From Azolla caroliniana (taxonomy: Eukaryota; Plantae; Polypodiophyta), in NCBI GenBank assembly GCA_043228905.1, contig JBHGNT010000006.1:7192001-7256000 (forward strand): a DNA stretch of 64,000 nucleotides, in the 5' to 3' direction. Below, one piece after another: positions 35,313-48,720 of this stretch (the stretch's first letter is position 1; each line of letters starts with the position of its first letter). The position numbers and the translations under genes were made by a program. The notes below the pieces were generated by a model that worked only from the letters and a program-made list of their open reading frames with translations, had not been told where the DNA came from and did no database searches.

Positions 35313-38300
35313 ACGTTGTAATATTTTCCACCGCCTTTCATCCGGCTTACATACATTCCGCAACATCTTTGCTTTAGGAGATAACCGAGACAATGATGCC
35401 ATTGCATGATGATACAATATATTTGTAGTGACCTGTAACAAGCATGTACCATCTTGTAACAACCAAGCCACCCAAGGTGCAACATTTGTTTTCAATGGCA
35501 AAGATCCTGTCATGACACAACGATGTCAAATACGTAATTAGTGAGGAATGAACCTGCAACCTCACAGCTACAAGATGTCATGCTCAACCATTTTGATATG
35601 AGCATACATTTGTATATAATAGTTTAGTATTCTATAATCTATCATATAGTACATTTCAGAATCAGAATATTCTAGTCAATAGTATATTTTAGAAATATTG
35701 TACGACATATTCTAAACGAGTATATTCTAGAGATATTTTTCAAGTATATTCTAGAGATATTCAATCTCGAAACATGTATAAATACTTGTAACCTCCATGG
35801 TTCCTTTCAAGGGATTTAACACCAGTCATTGACACATCAATCTAGTATTCTCATTTCGCCTCATCTTTGTCTCCATGATCTTTATCTCTGTCTTCATCTT
35901 AAGTTCCATGCTCTTAGCCCCATCATCTGTGCTCCTTCCCAGTCCGGGCTTGGTGTGCCCGTGACAGTTTGAATCCCTTCCAACTAGAAGCATCACCCCT
36001 CTTCATTATCGCCTTTGCTTCTAGAGTTACCATCATCATCGTCCTTGCTTCCAAAGTTACCATATCAACATCTTAGTTTTCGACATAATCTTTTTCAACA
36101 CCTCTTCGCTCAACCTTCATTGTAATCAACACTACTTGTTATCATTTATAGGTATCATTATGCATCACGATTTTGGTGAGGATTGCTTTCAATCACTCAC
36201 CTTCCCAGTTTTGGTGGGGGTTACAACCGCTCACTTTCTTGGTGGGGATTGAATCATTGCTCGTGTGCATTCCATTTTCATTTTAGTTCAAGTCTCGTGC
36301 CACTTTCCTTTGGCGAGGACCAATTTCGATCGCTCACCTTCTAGTTCCGGTGGGGGTCACAACAACTCACTTTCCTGGTGGGGATCGCATCGGTTTCTTG
36401 CTAGCGCTACTGTTTGTATGTGTTTTGGGTCAACCTCGATTATTTACCCTCTCATAATAGAAGAAGTCGAGACGACCGCTTCACATTATTTCATCTCATC
36501 TTTGTCTCCTTGATCTTTATTTTTGTCTTCATGCCCTCATGTCGCTCACAACATCTATAGTTCCTAGCCTCGTCACATCTAGTTCCAAGTTCATTCGTCG
36601 CTAGTAGCCCCATCATCTGTGCTTTGTCCTAGTCCGTGCTTGGTGTGTCCGTGACAGATCCTTGCAACAATGGTATATCTTGTAATTTCTCCCAAATAAA
36701 TCCATAATTTGGGGGAATATATAACCATCGCTTGGCATCTTCAAATTCCGAAAACCTTTGGGATTCATTATCAACCACATCTTCCAAATGTGCGATTGAA
36801 TTGAGATCTCAACTTCTCTTTCCCATGCCAAAACAACACTCGACAAGAAATAAGCAATTCATTTTGTAATGAATTACAAGATTCTCGATCACTTGATGGT
36901 CCCCACTCAAAAAGAGATAATGCATCTTGCCATGATCTTATCAAATGTTGTCCACATACAAAATGTTGAATCTTTCGAGGAATACTTCCATTGAGTAATG
37001 ACCACCAAGATGCTTGAATCTTTGTTTTCCCATGCACCAATCCTTCATGATCAATAAAATATTGCATCATAGATATCCATGGTTAATCTTGTTGACATAT
37101 ATCTCGTAATAATGCAAATCTACGAGCCATCAAATGTATTTCCAAATCCAATATTGTTGCACCACCTAACCATTTGGGAATAGCCAAATGGTTCCATGAA
37201 ATCCATGTAACTCCCATCCTTTCTCCCTTCCGCCACAACATGAACCTAATAAGTTGTAATATGTTTTGTAATGCCTTCTTAGTCCAAGGTAGTAATGGTA
37301 CAAAACATAATCACATGGGTATCAAGATACATTGCACCACTTTGAGTCATACATGAAAGGGCCCTAATTGAGACTTCCAATACATAAATTTGTCCTTCAA
37401 TTACTACCAATCCAATCAATCAATTGAACATTTACAACATCAACGCCCAATGGATAACCCAAATGTTGATAAATTGATCCTCGTGTAATCACTGACCCTG
37501 ACCATCCCAAATCACTCTCTGTACAAGAAATAAGGCGAGACTTCCTCCAATTTATATACAACCCTGAAGCCAGAGCAAATTCATCCCAAACTTGCATACT
37601 CCTTTCAAGATTTTCTTTTGAAGCTTGTAAAAACATAAAAGAACAATCCAATGCTTGTGCCACCAATTGTCTACCAGAAGGAAGATGCAAACCCACAATT
37701 TCACCACTAGCCGCAAGATTTGACAACATTACTAACAAAGGATGTGTAACAATAGCAAATAACAATGGGCTTAGTGGACATCCTTGTTGCATAGATCTAG
37801 TAAGAAACACTTTCGGTGTAACTCCGCCATTAAGCATCACACACGAGGTTGCATTTTGCCCTAGCAAAAACATAAGTTGACACATACAAGGACTAAACCC
37901 CATATTATACATCACACCTTGATATGCTTTTTCCAAATCTAATTGCACCATAACCATTTCTTGATGGGTATGTCGAGCATAATCGGTATCCGTTTGAACA
38001 TTCAAAACATTATGCAATATATTTCTACTTGCAATAAAACCATATTGAGATGGATGAATAAATTGAGGTAAGAATTTCTTAAGTCTTTTGTATAATATCT
38101 TTGCAAACACTTCATACAACCCTACCATCAATGAAATATAGGCCTCCATTGATGAAATGACTCCGGAGATGGTACCTTTGGTATCAATTTGATTAACCCC
38201 ACCTTCCAACTCTTAGGCATGAAAATAGAATCCCAACATTGTTGAAACAATTGTGTGAATGGACTCTTAAGCATGCCAACATACTTCTTAAAAACATCAT

Positions 38301-38777
38301 TTTTAATACCATCCCAACCAAGGCTTTTACCATTTGGAAGGTGTAACAATACATTTTCCACCTCAACTTCTTCAAAATCAGCATCCAATTCTTGACAACT
38401 ATTTGTATTCATGACACACCCAATTACATTATAAAAAATTTGTCGTGTTTTCAACACATCCTCATTAATAATCAACGCTCACCCAATCAAATTCTTAAAA
38501 TGAGTAATACATAACTCAATGACCTTGATTGGGTCTACAACAATTTCATCCCCTATCTTAATTTGTACCACATTCGAACAAGCATATGATGGTCTTAGTC
38601 CTTGAAAAAACATATTAGATTGTGATTGATTATCTATAAATCCTTCCTTTAACTAACGTAGTCTTGTCTGTTGATAACTTTGACAGGACAAATTCTCACA
38701 ATGTCTTGTACTTGAACTTGAAGATCCAAAAGCTCTTCATCATGCGTATTATTCATCAATAGTACATTGCATCGCGT
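35313..38777 (-). mobile_element. Degenerate L1-type LINE ORF2 (RT region), interrupted at 35508-36656
   Basis: KSLGWDG, WRPI, SQYGFI, LDLEKAY, QGCPLSPLLF, HLGYPLG motifs in ORFs 38128-38475 and 37397-38209. Confidence 0.85.
35508..36656 (+). mobile_element. Small non-coding LTR element (Tcn1/Tf1-like, self-priming type): LTR 35508-35966, internal region, partial 3' LTR about 36490-36656
   Basis: Exact 5-bp TSD GATCC; termini tgtcatg / cgtgaca; duplicated LTR end gcttggtgtg(c/t)ccgtgaca; no tRNA PBS. Confidence 0.8.
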
Positions 38778-39105
38778 TGTCGCGGATTTCCGTGTGGATG
38801 TGTTGGAACAGGGCGGGACCACCGGGGTCTCGGACCAAGGAGCCGGTGACAGAAGAATGATTATCCAGATCGATGTCTAGGTGACTATCTCCGGAGCGCA
38901 ATTCCGAAGCCAACAAGGGGAAAAGGATTATCCGGTTCAGTTCGCCGAAGTGCGATCCAAACAAGTATCTGATCTGGACTGGTCTCCGGATGCCTTATGG
39001 TGAGCTCACAGACGCGGCACGCTTTACCGGTTCCGGAGCAGCGCCAGAGAACGCACAATGAGCTCACAGCTCACACACTTGGGCATGCACACGCAATCAA
39101 GAAGG
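38778..39105 (-). repeat. LTR 3' end 'F' of the Trp-primed Ty3 group (far boundary not found)
   Basis: Reverse complement reads ccgagaccccggtggtcccgcc...tccgcgaca; flank gcgt. Confidence 0.7.
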
Positions 39106-39190
39106 TTGTGTGTGTGTGTCTGTGTGTCTGTGTGTGTGTCTGTGTGTCTGTGTCTGTGTCTGTGTCTGTGTGTCTGTGTGTCTGTGTAAG
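39106..39190 (+). repeat. Compound (TG)n/(TGTGTC)n microsatellite
   Basis: Directly visible. Confidence 0.9.
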
Positions 39191-39479
39191 TTTATGTTTA
39201 TGCATGTGTCCTTGTGTGAATTGATTTGTGTAAGTGTAATTGTGCTTGCATATATAGTGCATGTGCATATATGTGTATGCATTTATGTGCAACGTGTATG
39301 TGTGTGAAATGATTGGTGTAGATGTATGTGTTGCACATATTGTTCGTCTCCTTCGGCCACATTAATGTTTTATTTCTTTCGAAAACACAACTTAATATAA
39401 TGATGGCTCCTTTATGAATCATCTAAACATTTACCAACATTCCAAAAGGAACACAAAGTAGTTAATCCTCAAATCTAAC

Positions 39480-40400
39480 CAATCATCGAAGACAAAGATG
39501 ACTCCTCCAAGCCTTGTCATTGAAAGAAACACAAATTGGAGACTCTTGATCGTGAAAGGGAACACAATGCAGTGACTCCTCAAAGTGGAAAAATTGTTGG
39601 AGCAATGGAAACTCCACAAAGAAAAAAAGTCATCAAAAAGAAAAGAAAGTGGCAACTCCTCAAAGTTTACCAATCATCGAAGCACTATAACAACTCCACA
39701 AAGACGGAGTCATTGAAAGAAGATAAAGTAGTGGCTCTACCAAAGTCCTGAGACAAGAGAATGTAGTCACTCAACAATATTGTTGGGTCATCAATTTACT
39801 TTTGGAAAAGTAACTCCAAATTTTGATGAGCCATTGAAACTACCCATGAGTTGTCCCTTCAAGAATTGGAAATCATAAGGGCAATGAGGGATTTCGACTA
39901 CTTGAGATCCCTTAGGATGTATATAACACATGAATTGCTTGGCCAAAATCATATACACATGTAACAATTCCAAGTTAAGAACAATTCATATTTGAACTTT
40001 CCATGGCTCATCACATGATACGTGTGCAAAGACTCAAACATACCATCTACCTCGATCATATGAACAATATAGAAAATTTATAGTCAACATGTAGAAGCCA
40101 ATTATAGTGCATAATTTTGAATTGACGTATATCTTGAGCAAGAATACATTTAGTATGAGATCATAGGTGACATCTAAAGACCCTCAAATCCTCGCCCCTC
40201 ATCACCTCTATGCCATATACATAAACTTTCAAATTTTATGTCTCGCAAGGGATCATATCCAAAGACATAAAATTTGAAAGAGTTTGATCATAAAATTGGC
40301 TCATATCTTGAAGTCCTCCAATGACAAGAGTTTGAAGATGAGGAAACAATGAGGTGGAGTATTACTTTCAAGTACTACAACCTTAAAAGTGGAGTGGACG
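39480..40400 (+). pseudogene. Possible highly eroded Ty3 pol (RNase H/integrase) remnant
   Basis: Only short motif-like traces (e.g. FTNHRS near 39665, EQY near 40062); no continuous frame. Confidence 0.3.
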
Positions 40401-41415
40401 TCATCACCTTTAGCAAATGCATAACAAACTTCCCAAGGGATCACAAATGAAGAGCAATGGTGCGGCATGACTAAACAACGACACGAAAATTTGACTCAAG
40501 AATGAACACAAGGAAGTATTGCAACTACGTCACCATGAAAATTTATGTCTGAGATGCTAACACCAAGGAGTCACAACCATAAGAAAGTGTTAAGTCATTC
40601 GACACAACGTGGTACAACTAGCTAAAAGATTGTTAGCCATTCTCCAATTCTAACCATTCGAGGAATGAAAAATAGCCATGACCTTCTGAATCTAAGTAAT
40701 GAGAAAAATAACAAAGATTTCCCATCCAATTCTACATTAGCTCTAGAGGCATATCATAAAATGGAGTTGTTAATGGGTGGGTGAAGCAAAACTAAGGATT
40801 ACTCCTCGTATGAAAACACAAATGAAACAATATTGCCCAATTTCATGTAAAGTCATATGGGCAAGGATAAATTTGGAGGCTCTCACACAACACCACATGA
40901 AAGGACGTCTCATCTTATGACATTGAAGAATTAGACGGTGGTGAACATATTCAACTACAATGCCCAAGATATGAAGTCATTAAACTTCCAAAATTTTCTT
41001 GAGTTCACGTCTCATAAAGAAGGACAAGCTTCTTCGTATCATCACAATTTTACAACCCCTTACATATTGTGTTTATCTTACCTACATTTGCATATGTTCT
41101 CTATTTTCCATCGCAATGCAATAAACTTTGTAGGGCATAAGGTGTGTGAAGGATAACTTATTCGCTAATATTGGTCTCAGCAATTATGTTTTAATCCCAC
41201 ACAACACCATAATAAGCATTTATTAATTAGATTAAATGTAAATAACATGTGGAATCATGTTATATTCCTACACTTGTAGTATGATTGGAAATCATGGAAT
41301 TGCATACAGATTTGAGCATCCATAGAAGCATCAAGAATAGGGAAACTATGAAAATTCCTCAATACGATCAAGGACTTAGAGCCCACAAATATCCTTCTCA
41401 ATTCATTGTTGCAAA

Positions 41416-41902
41416 TAACAATCAACAACTTTTCGGTTCAAGATTGTCAAACTTGAACTGTTTAAAAATTTTGAAACTTGAACCAAATCGAGTTGAACCG
41501 CGAAATTGTTTAAATTAAATAGTTACAAAAAATTCAAGCTCAAACCAAGTGGTTTTAGAGACTTTCAAACCCTTTAAACCATTAAAACCAGGGTTTCATG
41601 GTTCGGTTTTGGTTTTCAAGTTAAGTCATAATTCAAATTTTCATATCGTAATTTTAAAAATTTCAAAGATTTTTCTTAAAAAATTAAAATTAGGCTTAAA
41701 ATGTTCAAAAAAATATTTAAGAAAATTATTAAGTGTCAATCCTAAACCGTCAAACCGTTTAAACTGAAAACCGTTAATTCAATAAAGGCTCAAACCAAAT
41801 TGGAACCGTTTATAAAACCTGAACTTGAAGCGAACCGTTTAAACCGTTAAGATGCGGTTTCACAGCTTGATTCAATTCAAACCGAACCGTTGCCGATTGC
41901 TA
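41416..41902. mobile_element. hAT-type MITE
   Basis: Exact 8-bp TSD GTTGCAAA; imperfect 14-bp TIR (taacaatcaacaac vs tagcaatcggcaac); subterminal AACCG/CGGTT motifs. Confidence 0.88.
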
Positions 41903-43754
41903 GTTGCAAATTATGTTTGATGTTTATTGCAAACATTATAGTACCTTTTTCTTGCTTATCATGCCAATAATCCAAGGTGAATTGGTACCTCCTCTTGTCC
42001 TTTGTAGATTATTTTCAAAGAAACAAGATGTTACAAGGTTTGCTTTTTGCTTTTCCTTTTTTGCTATTAAGAATGAAATTTACTTCCCTTCAAAGATATT
42101 CTCAAAAGTGCACTCTTTGTGAATATTTAATTAACTTTGCTTGTTCTTTTGCATTTATGTGGGAAGTGAATGCTTATTTTGTCAAGTTCAAAAGTCATAC
42201 TAATCGAGAGTCGAGACATGGATTCAATTAAAGCCCGTTAATATTAGGTGCGGCTCAACAATAGACATTATGTGCACAATTATGAGAAAGGCAAAATTAA
42301 CTTTGGAACTGGTGAAAATAATTGTATCGAAGACTTTCGCAAACATCTAGAAGGAAGAACTACTAGATGATCTAGATGTGAACTTTTGGAACCTACATTT
42401 CATGTAGCAAATTTTTAGATACCCCTCAACATGTTGACTCATTTTGGAGGATTCTTGTGGGTGGAGCTAAAGATATATGTAGCTTGTTCTTTTCGACCAC
42501 CACCAATTTGAGTTGGGAAAGAATCGACTTTGGAACAAAAGTTGATGCCCACGATACGTCTACAAACTACTATGGCATATTGATATATGTATGTATAGGT
42601 GGAGATCTCTCCTTTATGTGAGGGAAATCAATGTTCGTCAAAGTCAAAGCATCATCCCATATTGTTATTGGGAAACTCAAATTCAAATTTTGTAAAATCC
42701 ACTTTGGAGTAAAAAACCAATTCTAAGATCCTCACATATGATTTCCAACGATACAGGCCATCAAAGGAGTCCCCTTTTATATGGTTATTTAAGTGTCGTT
42801 TAAAACATTGACGTCATGAAAATTTGAGTGTGCCAATGTGTATGTCTATACTAAACTTGTAACTAGAGCAAGCATTTCTTTAGAACGTGTAGAGGGTTGA
42901 GAATATAATATTCCACAACCACCCATAAATATTCATGCTCAATCACTTGTGCCAACATTTTGTTGCCTTCAATTTTAAGGACATTGTATCTTGATAATAA
43001 TAAATGTTTTAGCCTCTCCATGAAATTCCAATACGAAAAAGAAGATCCAAAGGTTCTAAATAAGTAAAAGTTGGTGGGAGGACAATGAAGGGTAAATAAA
43101 GGGCAACTTATTCTATCTCTTTTGAACAATTATTTTGTAACTCCACCCAAGACCACAATAAAGAAACTTATTTTCAACTTCACGTAAAATGTAATAAAGA
43201 ACATGTCGAATCATGTTTACATTCTTGCACCGTCGATAGTGTAGATCCAAAGTCATGGATTGCAAAGCCATCACTTCCATGGAATCATTGCAAATGGAAA
43301 TTTGATGCATTTTCCCTCGTTAGCACTTAGGGGTCAAAGTTTCATGGTCTTAGGCCTAATGAACATCCCTCAATGTGTGGAACACTAGTGGCTCATAAAA
43401 TGGCCATCATGCATCCCTCTTGCTTGCTATCATCATAGAAACTTGTTACTTACTCCATGTTCTCACCCTTGAGCCGTAAGTTAAGAATGACAACCCCTTC
43501 CTCTGCATACAAGCCTTTTTTTTCAAAGGGCCGTCATCCATGAATTGGTTATGTGCATATTGTTTGCACCCTCCAATACCAAACATAGACATTGATATGA
43601 ACAGAGCCCATTAACAACATTAGATTAGGTATGAATCCGTATGATAGCCAAACAAGTGAAATGGTAAGCATATGATTAGGAAGGGAACATTCATTGAAGA
43701 CGTTAATATATCTTTCTTTCTCTCTCTCAATAATACAAGAAAATTTTGAAGACA

Positions 43755-43931
43755 TTTTTTTCCAACAAAAATCAATAGGCTTTTTCTTTATGTTAAACAA
43801 AAACCTAATTCAATACAATACAATCAATGTTCATGTTGAACCCCCCCTTTTTCCAACAAAAATCAATAGGCTTTTCTTTTTTGTTAAACAAAAACCTAAT
43901 TCAATACAATACAATCAATGTTCATGTTGAA
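43755..43931 (+). repeat. Tandem duplication of about 90 bp downstream of the kinase gene
   Basis: tttttccaacaaaaatcaataggc...caatgttcatgttgaa occurs twice. Confidence 0.85.
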
Positions 43932-44048
43932 TTGCACCCCCCCCCTCACCCCACCCATTGGTATATATATGTATAGCAATGAGAACTTGCTAAACTTCCT
44001 CTCAACCATGAATTTGGAACCTTTGTGCTCATATCATATTCCCATTGT

Positions 44049-45354
44049 TCAAGGAGAGGTGACATTGGGTGCCATGTCCTTCAAGAGACCCACCACTTGT
44101 TGAATGGTGGGTCGCTTCGTTGGGGACTCTGCAGTGCACAGGTAGCCGATCCGAAGCCCCTCAAGCATTTGCTCCCGCGAGTATTGATCCTTGCACACTC
44201 GTAGGTCGAGCATACCGACAAGTAGCCGTGGGCTCTTCTCTTGCATACGCATGCGAACCCAACTTACCAAATCGTTAGCTGAGTGTTGCGATTCAAAACC
44301 TCCTCGTCTAGCATCATGTTTTTCATCATCATACACGTCACCCGTTGGCTTCTTACCTGTCACAAGCTCGAGCAAGACCACCCCATAGCTAAACACATCC
44401 CCCATTATACTTACCTCTCCTCCAGGTTGCCCATACTCGGGCGGCGCATACCCAGGGCTCCCGCGGGCATATGCCGCATCTTCGGTCCCCGCCAATAACC
44501 CGGCCAACCCAGTGTTGGCCAAATGGGGCTCAAAATCCTCATCCAGCATCACATTGCTAGACTTGACGTCCCGATGCACCATTTTAGTGGATTGACCATG
44601 GTGCAAGAACGCGAGCGCACGTGCCAGCCCCAATGCGATCTTGTGCCGGACAGGCCACGAGAGATTGACCGCCTTGGGTAGAGGTTCGAGCCTTGATTGG
44701 GTAGCTAAATCCGTGCTCACGTCATCGCTACGCGCATTGTTGGCCGGAGGTGTGCCGACAAGTTCTTGAGACCTATCAGGTGTCCCGAGCAACCACCTAT
44801 GCAACCCGCCATTCTTCATGTATTCATAGATCACGAGCCGCTCCTCACCAACTATGCAATAGCCCAATAGAGGAACAAGGTTGGGATGCTTGATCTTGGA
44901 TAAAGTGGCAAAGTGTGACGCCGCCACTTCGTTGGTAAGGACCCGCCCCTCAATAAGGACCTTGATCGAGACACGAAGGTCAACACCAAGGGTTGCACTA
45001 TATACGGGGCCGAGGCCACCTTGCGAAACTTGCGTCTCTTTGTTGAAGTTGGATGTGGCCCGGAGGAGGTCGGCGAAGGTGAGGTTGAGGAGGGGCTTCT
45101 CAAACATGACCACGGGTACGGAGACCGCATTCCGGACATTGGCTACCCATGGGCCCGAGTTGCTCTCGAACGAGAATGGACCGGACATGTACCGGCTGTC
45201 AGCCGAGTCTTTGAATGTCGCAGGTCTTTTCAATGATAATGCGCTCACTGGCCATCTTTGCCTCCTCTTCCAAAGCACAAATGCTGCTAACAATAGCACA
45301 CACATTAGGGAGGCTATGGATGATGCTACAATCACACCTATGATTAGGGCTCTT
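44049..45354 (-). CDS. Receptor-like kinase, transmembrane and kinase part (resembles the LRR-RLK At2g24230/At5g58150 group); 5' end lost in the assembly gap
   Basis: TM helix then WKRRQR; SGPFSFES and PVVMFEKPLLNLTFADLL juxtamembrane motifs; HPNLVPLLGYC, HRDVKSSN, GSPGYAPPEY, DVFSYGVVLLEL; intact to the stop; open into the N-run. Confidence 0.9.
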
Positions 45355-45454
45355 NNNNNNNNNNNNNNNNNNNNNNNNNNNNNNNNNNNNNNNNNNNNNN
45401 NNNNNNNNNNNNNNNNNNNNNNNNNNNNNNNNNNNNNNNNNNNNNNNNNNNNNN
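45355..45454. other. Assembly gap (100 N)
   Basis: Run of n. Confidence 1.
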
Positions 45455-46278
45455 ATTAATTTCACAAGCGGGCATTAAAGCCGTAATACTCAAATGTTGA
45501 ACACGAAAAATGAGGACGGTTGGTGTTGTGGTTGGGTCACTCATGATTATGTATCTTGATATAAAAGTACAACCAAGGGGGTTTTGCCTACTTTTTTCGA
45601 AGCAATGTTTATTGAGTAACATACTCAAACAAGTATGTATACATATATTGAATGATCACTCCAAATTTAAGACTTTATACCTGCTTTTGTTGAATTAGAT
45701 TGATTTTTCCTAAATTATCTTTAGTAGAGACAATTCCTCGAAAATAACTCTACATGAATTTTATACCTAAACGTTCTCTTCAATTTCTTGATAAGGTTCT
45801 TTGAGAGGATGGTAACCAAGCACATAGAAAATATACGAAAATTATCTTATGAAGAGCACACAAAGTTAGAAACATTACATGAGGGGAAAGCCATTGCAAA
45901 ACCAAGTAATCAGTGATTAGGCTCTCCATACCCTCTTGTTGGCCTTGTAAAGAAGTAGACAAGTAGTTCCATTGAGAACTGTCAAGTTAAATAGTCAAGA
46001 TAATTAGGAGTATATGTGTGTACGAGGGAGGAGAGAGAGATAATGCAAAAGGTTAGCACAAACAATGTTATTAAACAAAAATGGGAGAATGATTATACAA
46101 TTATCAATAAACACGAATACATTGGGGGGGGGAGTTGGACTCTACATACACTACTTCGATGTGCACTTTCATATCATCCTAAACCAAATTGCTAGGATAG
46201 TTGAATGAGTGTGATAATATATAGTATCCACTACATTCAATGTAAAATAGATATCCCTATTTGTTAGAAGTGCAAAAA

Positions 46279-46612
46279 TGTGTGCAATTCACAAACAAGG
46301 TATGTGGTGAATTGAGTTTCTCCAAAGGGACCAACACAACTCATACCATTGAGTCTCAAGGAGTTGCCTCATGGTGGGCTTGTTGAAGGATTAGGGGATG
46401 TCACTCCCCAATGGCAAAGACCATGCCATACATCAACATATTCTTTAATAAGTGTGTGCAATTCACAAACAACGTATGTGTTGAATTGAGTTTCTCCGAA
46501 GGGACCAACACAACTCATAACATTGATTCTGGAGGAGTTGACTCATGGTGGGCTTGCTGAAGGATTAGGGACATCACTCCCCAATGGCAAAGACCATGCC
46601 ATACATCAACAC
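46279..46612 (+). repeat. Direct tandem repeat, about 175 bp x2
   Basis: tgtgtgcaattcacaaacaa...gaccatgccatacatcaaca occurs twice. Confidence 0.85.
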
Positions 46613-47159
46613 ATAAAAGCACTTATCTCTCCACTCTATGCAATCATGGATGCCTCAACAGTTCCTTAAGTTTATGTGAACTTAATGCACACCTAATTGC
46701 TACACTAATTAAGAAATACGATAATCTAAATTAGACACATAGTTAATACATAAGAAAGCTGTAATGTATCTCAATTAAATAGATAATACTAAGTAAACAA
46801 ATATGTATATCTTGATTAATTATTGTGAAAACACTACATGGAGGATTGTGTCTCTTAATGGATACAAATGGGGGGAGAATGCGTACCAAATTGTAGCCTC
46901 AAAGTTGGGGCATCCAAAGATAATTTTAACAAAAGTGCTCTTGCCCTTTTTATCCAAGTTGGATACCCCAAAGGGGTTCCTTTCACATTATAAGCATGTT
47001 GGCCATTAGCCATTCCTGCCTAATAGGCTAGTTCTCCACATTACAATATGATCATGTTTTTTATGTACATTTTGCTTATTGTAGACTGAAAATCTTAAGC
47101 CTTGTAAGGTACAAAACAAAGAATATATAACATTATTTCGTTTTACATGTAGTTGCCCT

Positions 47160-48720
47160 TGAGATTTGAACATACCCCTTCAAGCTCAAATATGTTAAAC
47201 TTTTGACATGAAGAGATCCACTCAAGAGGAGAAAAACCTTGGTTTTTCTTCATTAATTTGGTGGAATATGTGAATGTAAGTTAAGTGCCAACCTATCCAC
47301 TCCAAGTGCCTTGGTAAAGATGGTTATTGTTTGGTGATCGTTGAAGATATGTTGGCCAAGATCTATGGCTACCACTATGACCCATTTAAAGTAGATGTAC
47401 CTTGTTCACATACCAGATTCTGTCCAAACTATATGCTACTTAGGTTGCCGTAGAGAATTTGCATTGATTCATTGATGTGGACCTTGGAGTCCTTCATGAC
47501 CTATTTTAGCCAAATTACTTCATAGGAGGCAAGTGTAGCACTATTCATGTTCTACCTCTATGCTCTAAAAGGGGATTCTAGGCTACTTGTTGCTACTCAA
47601 AGAGATGCCGCCGATCCCAAAACAAATGCAATGTTCAATGTTGATCATCAATCCACCGACCCAATTAACATTTTGTCAAGGAAATGAGCCCCAACTAGTT
47701 TTCGGTTAAAAGCAAGTAGTGGGTAACTTAGGAAATTGTAAATGTAGGTGCATTATCAAATTGCCTAATTTCTTGCTTAAATTTCACTAACCATTATTAG
47801 CTAAAAATAAGAGGTGCCTAACTTAGGCGATGAAAGTGAATTAACCATGGCCTAATTTCTTGCCTCAATTTCAGCACCCATGATACTTGAATCCTATATA
47901 CATCCCTAAGATTTCACTTGTAGGCATCTCCAAAAATTAGGGAATTAGAAAGGGTTTGAAAGAGAATATTTTAAGGGTTGTGAGTCGTGACTCTTGAGGT
48001 GTAAGTGTTGTAAACACTTTGTATATTCTCTCCCTTTAGTAAAATGATTTGCAGCATGTCTAGAGATGTTGGCACACTTGGCTGAACTCCGTTCCCCATG
48101 TTGTGCGTGTTTTATTTCCGTTGTTATTTTGTGCTCTCACTAATTTGGTTTATAAGAAAATTTGTTTAATTTCCTCAACACATTTGTGTAACCCATTGTG
48201 GTGGATTGAAATTCCTGCACAGTAGACAATAACAAGGTTTCTTTAACATAGTGCATCACCTTCTTAATGGAACTCAAGTGTATGTCATTAGGTGTTTCCA
48301 TGACTCGGTTAAGGAGTTTCACGTATGGTGGTTCTAAAGTCTTCTTGTAGATTTAGATTTCAAATCTAATGGGTTCATGATTGGCTTTCTATCTTCCATT
48401 TAAACAAAATTTTAGGATCTAATCTTGTGATGGTTTGTGGATAGTAATATTGATGTCAAGGAAATAGTAAAGCTCACCCGAATCTATCATCTCAAATTTG
48501 GTGGCTAGTTGAGCTTTCACCTTCTTTATGGTGGCCATGTTCTACTAACCAATGAGCATGTCACCAACCTACAAATAGGATAAAGGTTATACACCATTGG
48601 AATCATTTTGCACATATAGGAAGTTTTGACTTGGACATCCATAGAGAGATATAAAAGAGACCAAAAGCACTCATCCAATTTCACATACTTGGTGATATTT
48701 CTTCAACCCATCGTTCAAAA
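47160..48720 (-). mobile_element. Old Copia RT/RNase H remnant split by a solo LTR
   Basis: Minus-strand traces: VGDMLI (YVDDML-like), KFEMIDSGELYYFLDI, IKKVMHYVKET; PPT-like cttgaagggta near 47180. Confidence 0.55.
47674..48180 (+). mobile_element. Solo LTR (Copia-like)
   Basis: Exact 5-bp TSD CATTT; termini tgtcaaggaaat / atttcctcaaca; ctatata TATA near 47894. Confidence 0.8.

Noticed and set aside
42240-43500. Possible DNA-transposon remnant
   Set aside because: No TIR, TSD or convincing catalytic motif could be identified by eye.
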